From: Anaeramoeba ignava BMAN
Lineage: Eukaryota; Protista; Anaeramoebae
Assembly (NCBI GenBank): GCA_028826165.1
Contig: JAPDFW010000100.1
Coordinates: forward strand, 124,001 to 188,000
Length of the DNA: 64,000 nucleotides
Direction of reading: 5' to 3'
The position numbers and the translations under genes were made by a program. This document shows, piece after piece, positions 51,103 through 61,566 of the stretch (its first letter is position 1; every line of letters begins with the position of its first letter). The notes beneath the pieces were generated by a model that saw only the letters and a program-made list of their open reading frames with translations, ran no database searches and was not told the DNA's origin.

Positions 51103-51701
51103 TCACATTAATAAACATTTTCCTTTTTTCTTTTTCTTTTTCTTTTGATTTAGATTTTCTTCTTTTATTGTTTTCAATCTTTCAATTTCAAGAAGAATTG
51201 TTTCATAAAATATTTGATTAATATTTTCTCCATTTTTAGCAGAAGTTTCAATATATTTACAATTTAATTCTTTTGCTAATTTTTTTCCTTCTTTAATTGA
51301 AATTTCTCTTTTCATTGTTAAATCACTATTATTTCCAATTAAAACTTTTGGATAATCTTTATCTTCAATATTAAGAATTCTTTTAATTCTTTCATCAAAA
51401 TATTTAATATCTTCAAAGCTATGCTTATCAGTAATTGAATAAACTAAAACAAAAATATCTCTTCTTCTAATAGAACGTGAGAGTGTATCACCAAATTCTT
51501 CTTGATGAGATATATCAAAAATATTTAATTTTATTTTCTTATCATTTAAATTAATTTTATTTCTTTTTCATATTCTTCTTCAATAGTTGGATCATATTCT
51601 TCAATAAAAATATCTTGAATATATTTGATTACTATTCTTGATTTATAAGATCCATAACCTCCAACTATTCCAATTTTTATTTCCATTTCTTTATTTTCCA
51701 T
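51103..51701 (-). CDS. Ras-like pseudo-GTPase #20 (GGYGSYKS / YDPTI / DISHQ / NNSD / CLLM); frameshift near 51560
   Basis: Manual translation from ATG at 51701 (MENKEMEIKIGIVGGYGSYKSRIVIKY) joins ORF 51103-51315. Confidence 0.8.
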
Positions 51702-51760
51702 TTTTATTATTTAAAAACAAATATTTAAAAAAAATGAAAAAAATGAAAAAATGAAAAAAA

Positions 51761-52330
51761 TCACATTAATAAACATTTTCCTTTTTTCTTTTTCTTTTGA
51801 TTTTGATTTTTTAATTCAATTTCAAGAAGAATTGTTTCATAAAATATTTGATTAATATTTTCTCCAGTTTTAGCAGAAGTTTCAATAAATTTACAATTTA
51901 ATTCTTTTGCTAATTCTTTTCCTTTTTCAATTGAAATTTCTCTTTTCATTGTTAAATCACTTTTATTTCCAATTAAAACTTTTGGATAATCTTTATCTTC
52001 AATATCAAGAATGTATTTAATTTCTTTATCAAAATTTTTAATAACTTCAAAGCTATGCTTATCAGTAATAGAATAAATCAAAACAAAAATATTTGTTTGA
52101 CGAACATAATTTGGAAATGGATCATAACTGCTGTCTTGAGATGCTGTATCAAGAATATTGAATTTTATTTTCTTATTATTTAAATCATTTTTTTTTATAT
52201 AAATATCATCAATAGTTGGATCATAATCTTCAATAAAAATATTCTTTAAAAATCTAGTTGTTATTGTTGATTTACCAACTCCTCCAACTCCAAATAATCC
52301 AATTTTTATTTCTATTTCTTTATTTTCCAT
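51761..52330 (-). CDS. Ras-like small GTPase #21 (GVGGVGKS / YDPTI / DTASQ / CLLM)
   Basis: 189-aa ORF. Confidence 0.92.
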   Translation of the reverse strand: MENKEIEIKIGLFGVGGVGKSTITTRFLKNIFIEDYDPTIDDIYIKKNDLNNKKIKFNILDTASQDSSYDPFPNYVRQTNIFVLIYSITDKHSFEVIKNFDKEIKYILDIEDKDYPKVLIGNKSDLTMKREISIEKGKELAKELNCKFIETSAKTGENINQIFYETILLEIELKNQNQKKKKKGKCLLM

Positions 52331-52407
52331 TTTTATTATTTAAAAACAAAAAAATGAAAAAAATGAAAAAAATGAAAAAAAATGAAAAAAATGAAAATTT
52401 TTTTGAA

Positions 52408-53420
52408 TTAATAATAATTTGGAAATAAAATCAAATCAATTATTTAAAAAATGAAAAAATAAAGATTATTTGTTTAAAATTTTATTTTACTTTTCTTAAA
52501 TTAATAATAATTTGGAAATAAATCAAATCAATTATTTAAAAAATGAAAAAATAAAGATTATTTGTTTAAAATTTTATTTTACTTTTCTTGAATTAATAAT
52601 AATTTGGAAATAAATTAAATCAATTATTTAAAAAATGAAAAAAAGATTATTTGTTTAAAATTTAATTTTAATTTTTTTGAATTAATAATAATTTAGAAAT
52701 AAATTAAATCAATTATTTAAAAAATGAGAAAATAAAGATTATTTGTTTAAAATTTTATTTTAATTTTTTTGAATTAATAATAATTTGGAAATAAAATCAA
52801 ATCAATTATTTAAAAAATGAGAAAATAAAGATTATTTGTTTAAAATTTTATTTTACTTTTCTTGAATTAATAATAATTTGGAAATAAAATTAAATCAATT
52901 ATTTAAAAAATGAGAAAATAAAGATTATTTGTTTAAAATTTTATTTTACTTTTCTTGAATTAATAATAATTTAGAAATAAATTAAATCAATTATTTAAAA
53001 AATGAGAAAATAAAGATTATTTGTTTAAAATTTTATTTTAATTTTTTTGAATTAATAATAATTTGGAAATAAAATCAAATCAATTATTTAAAAAATGAGA
53101 AAATAAAAATTATTTGTTTAAAATTTAATTTTAATTTTTTTGAATTAATAATAATTTGGAAATAAAATCAAATCAATTATTTAAAAAATGAGAAAATAAG
53201 GATTATTTGTTTAAAATTTAATTTTAATTTTTTTGAATTAATAATAATTTAGAAATAAATTAAATCAATTATTTAAAAAATGAAAAATAAAGATTATTTG
53301 TTTAAAATTTTATTTTACTTTTCTTGAATTAATAATAATTTGGAAATAAAATAAATCAATTATTTAAAAAATGAAAAATAAAGATTATTTGTTTAAAATT
53401 TTATTTTACTTTTTTTAAAA
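52408..53420. repeat. ~92-bp intergenic minisatellite, 11 copies (same unit as 50445-51090)
   Basis: Unit starts at about 52408, 52501, 52593 ... 53329. Confidence 0.92.
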
Positions 53421-53430
53421 AAATCAAAAT

Positions 53431-54027
53431 TCACATTAATAAACATTTTCCTTTTTTCTTTTTCTTTTGATTTTGATTATTTTGATTTTCTTTTTGATTT
53501 TCTATTGTTTTCAATCTTTCAATTTCAAGAAGAATTGTTTCATAAAATATTTGATTAATATTTTCTCCAGTTTTAGCAGAAGTTTCAATAAATTTACAAT
53601 TTAATTCTTTTGCTAATTTTTTTCCTTTTTCAATTGAAACTTCTCTTTTTGTAAATAAATCACTTTTATTTCCAATTAAAACTTTTGGATAATTTTCACA
53701 ATCAAAAAATCTCTGAATTTTGTCATGAAAAAATTGAACTTCTTTCAAACTAAGTTTTCTAGTAATTGAATAAACTAAAACAAAAATATTTGATTCTTTG
53801 ATCCAATTTTCAATAATTAGAGAATATTCTTCATTTCCTGCAGTATCAATAATTGAAAAATTAATTTGTTCATCATTTAAAGTTATTCTTTTTCGAAAAA
53901 AATCTTCAATAGTTGGATCATATTCTGGAAGAAATCTTTCATCAATAAATTTTGTTACTATTGATGATTTTCCAACTCCTCCAGCTCCAAAAATACACAC
54001 TTTCACTTTTAATTCTTTATCATCCAT
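53431..54027 (-). CDS. Ras-like small GTPase #22 (GAGGVGKS / YDPTI / DTAGN / CLLM)
   Basis: 198-aa ORF. Confidence 0.92.
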   Translation of the reverse strand: MDDKELKVKVCIFGAGGVGKSSIVTKFIDERFLPEYDPTIEDFFRKRITLNDEQINFSIIDTAGNEEYSLIIENWIKESNIFVLVYSITRKLSLKEVQFFHDKIQRFFDCENYPKVLIGNKSDLFTKREVSIEKGKKLAKELNCKFIETSAKTGENINQIFYETILLEIERLKTIENQKENQNNQNQKKKKKGKCLLM

Positions 54028-54121
54028 TTTGATATTTTGATATTTTTTAAAAAGGAGAATAAAAAAATGAAAATGATTTTTTTTTTGAAAAATTTTTTAT
54101 TTTAGAAATTTGAAAAGAATT

Positions 54122-54775
54122 TCACATTAATAAACATTTTCCTTTCTTCTTTTGATTTTGATTATTTTGATTTTGATTTTGATTTTGATTATTTTGATTT
54201 TGATTATTTTGATTTTGATTATTTTGATTTTGATTATTTTGATTTTGATTTTGATTCTTTTTTAATTCTTCAAATTCAAGAAGTAAAGATTCATAAAATA
54301 TTTGATTAATATTTTCTCCAGTTTTAGCAGAAGTTTCAATATATTTACAATTTAATTCTCTTGCTAATTCTTTTCCTTCTTTACATGTGATTTGCCTTTT
54401 TGTAAATAAATCACTTTTATTTCCAATTAAAATTTTTGGATACTTTTTTTCTTCTTTTGAATAATCAGTAATTTTTTGATAAATAATTTTGATTTGATTA
54501 AAACTCAATCTATCAGTAATAGAATAAACCAAAATAATTCTATCACAATATTCAATAGAGTTATTAAATATAAATTCAGAATCATCACTTGTTGTATCAA
54601 GAATATAAATATAAATTGATTCATCATCTAAATCAAATTTTCTTCTAAATCTATTTCCCATTCCCATTTCTATTTCTTCAACAAATTCATTCATTAAAAA
54701 TCTCATTATCATTGATGATTTTCCAACACCTTTGAATCCAAACAAACCAATTCTTATTTCTAAATCATTATCCAT
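54122..54775 (-). CDS. Ras-like protein #23 (GFKGVGKS / effector loop replaced by IEMGMG / DTTSD / long NQ linker / CLLM)
   Basis: 217-aa ORF. Confidence 0.9.
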   Translation of the reverse strand: MDNDLEIRIGLFGFKGVGKSSMIMRFLMNEFVEEIEMGMGNRFRRKFDLDDESIYIYILDTTSDDSEFIFNNSIEYCDRIILVYSITDRLSFNQIKIIYQKITDYSKEEKKYPKILIGNKSDLFTKRQITCKEGKELARELNCKYIETSAKTGENINQIFYESLLLEFEELKKNQNQNQNNQNQNNQNQNNQNQNNQNQNQNQNNQNQKKKGKCLLM

Positions 54776-54946
54776 TTTTTTAATTATTAAATAAAAATAA
54801 AAATGAAAATGAAAATGAAAATGAAAATGAAAATATTTTTACTTTTTTTTTAGTTTAATTTTTGTTCTCAAAGTAAGAAAAAAAAAACAGAAAGAAAAGA
54901 AATTTTTTTTTTTTTGAGGAAAAATAAATGTTGATCTCCTTTTAAA

Positions 54947-57900
54947 TCATTTTCTTTCTGAAAAATAATTTGTTTTTGTCATTTCTGAAAATTCAATTTT
55001 TGGAGGGAAAATATTAAGAAATCCATTGCATTTTGAAATTTCATTTTGAGTTTGAATATCATAATGTTTGAATTTAATTTCTTTAGATTGACAACCAATA
55101 ATTGAAATTTGAGGGAATCTAACAACACCCGATTTTAAAGGAACAATTTTCCAGAATAAAGTATGTGATAGTTTCCTTTGGAATGTAAAGAAATATTTAG
55201 TTTTTCCAGCAATTAACCATTCAGAAAAATCAGCATTTAATTCCAAACAAAATTTTTTATCGATAGAATTTTGATTATTTGTTGAAAGAATAACTTTGAT
55301 TGAGAAATCCTCTCCAAAATTAAAGGAAACAGGTCGATATATTGAGCAAATTACTTTTCTGGGTGTTTTTGATTGAAATAAATTGAGTGGATATGAAAAA
55401 AACTCCAAAATATCTGGTGGTGAATTTTCTTGTTTTGCAACTTGTTCCAATTGAGCTTTTTTAAAGTAAATGTAGAATTGAGATAATCCTTTCAAGGTTT
55501 TTGGTTTGTCTTCAAGATTCTTTTCAGAATTTGAGTCTAAAATTTCGGATTCGAAAACTTGATTATCGAATCCGAATAATTTTTTTGTGATCATTTTACT
55601 CTTTGGAATATTTTGATCTGAAATAAATCGTTTGGCAACTTTTTTGGAATTTGGAGTGCCATCCAAATTTTCTAAATTTTGGTATGTTTGTGGTTCTTGA
55701 TCTTGTTGTGATTTATCGAAGTTTATTCTTTTCTGGTGATTTATAGTTTCTTCTCCACTTTTTTCTGAAAAAGACATATCTTTTGTTAAATCAATAATGC
55801 ACCAATTTTCATTAGAAGTATTTGATGATCTGTTTGAAATGCTTTGATTATTTTCTGAAGTTTTGATTATTTTCTGAGTTTTGATTATTTTCTGAGTTTT
55901 GATTATTTTCTGAGTTTTGATTTAAACTGATAGAATTAAATACTGGTTCTGTTTTTTCATTTTCATTTTCATTTTCATTTATTTCATTTTCATTTTCATT
56001 TTCAATTACATTTATTTTTGTTTTTTCTTTATCTAAATCACTTTCTGTTTCGCTTTCAATATCACTTTCTGTTTCACTTTCAATATCACTTTCTGTTTGA
56101 CTTTTAGTTACACTTTCACTTATACTTTCACTTTCAGTTTCATGTATTAAATCTATTTCTTGTTCTTGAAAATTAAAAAATAGTGAATTTTCTTCATTTT
56201 GTGAATTGAGGTTTGATTTTTCTTGATCTTGCAATTCTGATAAATTCAATTTCTCACGTTTTTCTTTCAGTTTGTAAACAAAAGAAATTTGTTGAGATGG
56301 TGCAATAACTGTTCCAATATTCAGAGCTTCTTTTGGCAAAGGAACACTTTCGTAAACAATTTTCTCATCATTTTGAATGATATCACTAATCATGATATTT
56401 TGATCCACAATTTCAATAGGAAATGAAACTTTTGATTCTAAAACAATTTGAACAAATTTGAAAAAATCCTTATCAATTTGTATATTTTTGACATTGGTCG
56501 AGATATCAAAGGGAACTTTTGTGTTGAGATTGTATTGATTCTGGAAGATTGTATGAAGATCTTTTGGTTCTTGTTTGGTGTAGTCGAATTTGATTTGGAT
56601 GTTGTTTGATAATTCATGTTTTTCTTTTGGATTATCAAAATTGATGCCATTTTTAATTGGAATTGGAATTGGAATTGGAACAATAGGAAGAAAAAAAATA
56701 ACTTCTTGATTCTTGGGAATATCTTTCATTTCAATTTTTGCTTCGTTATAAAATGGACTTTGTTTGGAAACTTTTATGCAAGTTAGAGGAATATTAATGG
56801 ATGTGAATTTTTGTTCTTGATCTTTGATATAAATTGTGATTTGGTCTTTTTCTTGAAGAGAATCTGTTTTATTTCGAGAAATAGTTGAAAGTAAATGTTT
56901 GATATCGTGTGCTGAATAAATGGAAGCATTTGAAGATTCAATTTGTAAGTTTTGTTTTGGAAGAATTTGTATATTTGACGAAAAAATTTTGAGTGTTCCT
57001 GAATTAATTGAATCGTTTTGAGTTTTTATATTTGCTTGGATCACGCATGGTTTATTTGGTGAGAAAGACTCTGGTTGAAACAATTGGAAATCAAGGAATG
57101 AATTTTTTGGAGAAACTCGACAAAATGTATGATGTTGTTTTTGGTATTTTTTAACAACTCGAAGATTTCCCAAATAAAGTTTCAATTTCGAAAGGATAAA
57201 TCTTCCTATTATATTTGAAATTTGAGAAAATTTCATTGAATTAGTTCCTGGTTGAAGAATAATCGTTGGTTTTTTGTCTTTGTCTTTTTTCTCGTTATTT
57301 TTGTCTTTTTCTTGAATTATTTCTTGAATTATTTCTTTTCCAATTTCAAATTTATATTCTCTTTTTTTGGGACTTGATTTTTCTTTCTTTGTGTTTTTGG
57401 AAGTAAGAATTAAGACTATTCTTTCACAAGAAAAAGGAACTCCAATTAAATTTGTAATTTCGCAATCAATATCAATAGGAAATCCTATTGGAACACTTTC
57501 TTGATTATGTGATTTTTTCAGTTCAATTTTGAATAAAGAATTTGTTGAATGAGTAAAAATACGTGCACAATTTTTAATTTTATTTTGTATATCAAGAATT
57601 ATCAAGTTTTTCTCGTATTCTGGGTATTCAAAATTAGGAGAAAGACTAACAAGACGTGTGATGATATATTTGTCCCAACTATTCATTTTTGAATAACAAA
57701 GCAATAATTTTGGAATTAAATCTTTTGCAAGTGAAAACCAATTTTCTTCCATAAAATTTTGGAGTAATAATCGTAAAATTTCTTCTGCTTGAACAAATTT
57801 TTCATTAATTCTAAAAAGTAATAAATTGAATTAATTAAATTAAATTAATTGAATTAATTAAATAAAATAAAAATTAAATTAAATAAATTAAATTAAATAA

Positions 57901-60900
57901 ATTAAATTAAATAAATAAATTAAATAAAATTAAATTAAATAAAAGGTAAATAAAATGTAAATAAAATGTAAATAAAAAGGTAAATAAATAAAATGTAAAT
58001 AAAATAAATTAAAATAAATAAATAAAAAGGTAAATAAAAGGTAAATAAAATTAAATAAAATGTAAATAAAATGTAAATTAAAATAAATAAAAAGGTAAAT
58101 AAAAGGTAAATAAAAGGTAAATAAAATGTAAATAAAATAAAGGTAAATAAAAGGTAAATAAAATAAAGGTAAATAAAAGGTAAATAAAAGGTAAATAAAA
58201 GGTAAATAAAAATGTAAAATAAAATGTAAATAAAAAGGTAAATAAAAGGTAAATAAAAGGTAAATAAAAGGTAAATAAAAAGGTAAAAAAAATGTAAATA
58301 AAAAGGTAAATAAAAGGTAAATAAAATGTAAATAAAAGGTAAATAAAATGTAAATAAAATGTAAATAAAAGGTAAATAAAATGTAAATAAAAGGTAAATA
58401 AAAGGTAAATAAAAGGTAAATAAAAGGTAAATAAAATGTAAATAAAATGTAAATAAAAGGTAAATAAAAGGTAAATAAAAGGTAAATAAAATGTAAATAA
58501 AAGGTAAATAAAATGTAAATAAAAGGTAAATAAAAGGTAAATAAAAAGGTAAATAAAATGTAAATTAAAGTAAATAAAAGGTAAATAAAAGGTAAATAAA
58601 AGGTAAATAAAATGTAAATAAAAAGGTAAATAAAAGGTAAATAAAAGTAAATAAAGATAAATTAAAAAGTAAATAAAAAGGTAAATAAAATTAAAGTAAA
58701 TAAAAGGTAAATAAAAAGGTAAATAAAAGGTAAAATAAAAGGTAAATAAAATGTAAAATAAATATAAATATAAATTAAATTAAATTAAAGTAAATAAAAG
58801 GTAAATAAAATGTAAATAAAAGGTAAATAAAAGGTAAATAAAAGGTAAATAAAATGTAAATAAAAATTAAAAAATAAAAAGGTAAATAAAAGGTAAATAA
58901 AATGTAAATAAAATGTAAATAAAAGGTAAATAAAATGTAAATAAAATGTAAATAAAATGTAAATAAAAGGTAAATAAAATGTAAATAAAAGGTAAATAAA
59001 AGGTAAATAAAAGGTAAATAAAAGGTAAATAAAAGGTAAATAAAAGGTAAAATAAAATGTAAATAAAAGGTAAATAAAATGTAAATTAAATGTAAATAAA
59101 AGGTAAATAAAAGGTAAATAAAAAGTAAAAAAATAAATATAAATATAAATTAAATTAAATTAAATAAAATGTACATATATGCATTTGCTAGATCAATTTC
59201 AAGTTTTTGAGCAGAATGTGTTCTAAGTTTATTTGATTGACTATACTTATTAATTGTTGATTGAGTAAGAGATATATAAAAGAGCCAAAATTCATTATCA
59301 TTTTGGAAAGCTTGTTGAATCTTAATATTTTCTGCAAAAAATTTATTAAAAATAGAATTTGTAATAGGATCTGCTGATTGTATTGATTTAGGGATTTGTT
59401 TTTCAAGAACAAAAATAGAAAGCTTCCGAGCAAGTTCAACTTTTCCAACCAAATGTTTAAGAGAGAAAATTAAATCACGAACAAAAATATCGAGCTGACC
59501 TTGCATAGCAAATAGTTGTTTGGCTTCATTTTCAGGAAGTAAAGCAAGAGGATTTTCAAGAGTGCATGCACTTATGATATCAAACGAAGATGAAATTGCC
59601 CAAATTGTACTGAAAATGGGAGTGAAATTTGTGTTTAGAAGAAGTTCTCTCTTCATGGATTGAATAAAAATTAAACCGTGTTTTGCAAGATCTTTTAATA
59701 AGCGTTTTTTGAGGAAAAGTTTTGATTTTCTTATCATAATGTATAAACGACAATCAAATTCTGTGATTTTCTTTGATAGAAGAAGATCTCGATAAGGTTT
59801 TGCATTTTCTGATAAAATATTTATTCCCCAATAAGGTGAATTTTCTGATACAAATTCTTGAAATAATTGACCTTTGTTTTTCTTTATTATTGCTTGATTT
59901 TCTTTTATTAAATTATTTGTATTGTTTGTTTTGTTTTTATAAAAATTAATTGTTTCTTTGAGTAAAATTTCTAGTTTATCATATTGTTTAACAGCTTTTT
60001 CGATGAGATCAAATTGTTCGAATAAAAATGCTTTTTGTTCCTTTTTTTAAATTTAAATTTATTTATAAAATTCATTTATAAATTTAAAATTTATTTAAAA
60101 TTTCATTTATAAAATTCATTTATAAAATTAAAATTAAAATTATAATTAAATTTAAATTTGAAATTAAAAATATATTTTTTACTTTTGCTACAAAAATATC
60201 AAAAAAATCTGCTTCTTTTTTATCTTCCATTTCAAGAATCTTCATTGAAATATTTTCCTTTCTTTGACCAAAAGCATTACAAATATTAGATTGAAATTTA
60301 GAAAGAAAATCAGCCCAACTAGGATCTTCAGCAGAAAAATCACCACCTTCTTGAAATTGAACAACTCTAACATGAGAACATCTATTTTTAACAGTAACTT
60401 CTTTTTGGAGTAAATCGTATATTTTTTTTTGTCTGCGTGAAGCAAACATTTTATTGCCGCTATAATAAGTAACAGTTGCAAATAAAATGAGCCAATCGAC
60501 TCTAAGTGAATTCTTGTTTTCCCACCATATTTTAAGTTGTGGTTTAATTGATTTCTTAAATAAATTTGTTTCGTCGCATTTGAATACATAAAGATATAAA
60601 AATGGTTCTTGTTCTTGTTTTTTGCTTGTGTTTCTTGTTGATATTATGTTACGATCAGTTATAAATTGTGGGTTAATTGTCATTGATTCATAAATTTTAT
60701 CTCTTCTTCTTGAATTAATATTTGTAAGTGGAAAATGTTTTTGAAGTGATATTGAAACATCTTTCCAAACATCTGAAACGTCTTCAACTAATTAATATTA
60801 AATTAAATATTAAAATAAATATTATATTAAATATTAAAATAAATATTAAAATAAATATTATATTAAATATTAAATTAAATATTAAATTAAATATTAAATT

Positions 60901-61429
60901 AAATATTAAATTAAATATTATATTAAATATTATATTAAATATTAAATTAAATATTATATTAAATATTATATTAAATATTATATTAAATATTAAATTAAAT
61001 ATTAAATTAAATATTATATTAAATATTAAATTAAATATTAAAATAAATATTAAATTAAATATTAAAATAAATATTATATTAAATATTAAAATAAATATTA
61101 AATTAAATATTATATTAAATATTAAATATTATATTAAATATTATAAATTAAATATTTAAATTAAATATTATATTAAATGTCAAATAAATATTATATTAAA
61201 TATTATATTTAATATTAAATATTATATTAAATATTATATTAAATATTATATTAAATATTATATTAAATATTAAATTAAATATTATATTAAATATTAAATT
61301 AAATATTAAATTAAATATTAAATTAAATATTAAAATAAATATTATAATAAATATTATATTAAATATTATATATTATATTAAATATTATTTGTTATTTTTA
61401 AACAAACCAAATATAATTGGATTTTGCAT
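54947..61429 (-). CDS. TRAPPC10: TRAPP II subunit TRAPPC10 (Trs130/TMEM1); introns 60788-61407, 60041-60182 and 57811-59174; frameshift near 55860
   Basis: Spliced N-terminus MQNPIIFVEDVSDVWKDVSISLQKHFPLTNI, PFLYLYVFKCDETNLFKKSIKPQLKIWW, DWLILF, and KEQKAFLFEQFDLIEKAVKQYDKLE. C-terminal WLIAGK...WKIVPLKSGVVRFPQISI. Confidence 0.82.
57880..59125. repeat. Intronic 11-bp minisatellite (AAAAGGTAAAT / AAAATGTAAAT)n, roughly 110 units
   Basis: Directly visible inside TRAPPC10 intron 57811-59174. Confidence 0.93.
60792..61388. repeat. Intronic 12-bp repeat (AAATATTAAATT and variants)n
   Basis: Fills TRAPPC10 intron 1. Confidence 0.9.
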
Positions 61430-61566
61430 TAAATTTATTTTATTTTTAATTAATTAATTAATTAGAAAAAAATGAAAAAATGAAAAATGAAAAAATGAAA
61501 AAAATATTTTTTTTTTTAAATTTTTTTTAAATTTTTTTTTTCATTTTTTTCCTTTATTCTTTTTAA
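61430..61566. promoter_or_regulatory. Compact bidirectional promoter between TRAPPC10 and Miro, with TCATTTT motifs on both strands
   Basis: Divergent ATGs 137 bp apart; (AAAAATG)n on + near the TRAPPC10 start and TTTCATTTTTTT near the Miro start. Confidence 0.55.

Noticed and set aside
50445-53420. CRISPR-like appearance of the 92-bp arrays (and the 143-bp array at 18230-23050)
   Set aside because: Units are head-to-tail with no unique spacers, there are no cas genes, and the context is eukaryotic
960-55870. Programmed frameshifting or mass pseudogenisation to explain the many broken ORFs
   Set aside because: Breaks are 1-2 nt indels, mostly in homopolymers or repeats. They also hit conserved genes (actinin, USP, TRAPPC10) without nonsense substitutions, which is typical of long-read consensus error. 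Short-read polishing would decide.
57880-59125. Interstitial telomere
   Set aside because: The unit has only a GG or G, is 11 bp and degenerate, and lies wholly inside a GT-AG intron; it does not match a recognisable telomeric repeat
60728-61159. 143-aa NIKL-repeat ORF
   Set aside because: Antisense reading of the 12-bp repeat in TRAPPC10 intron 1
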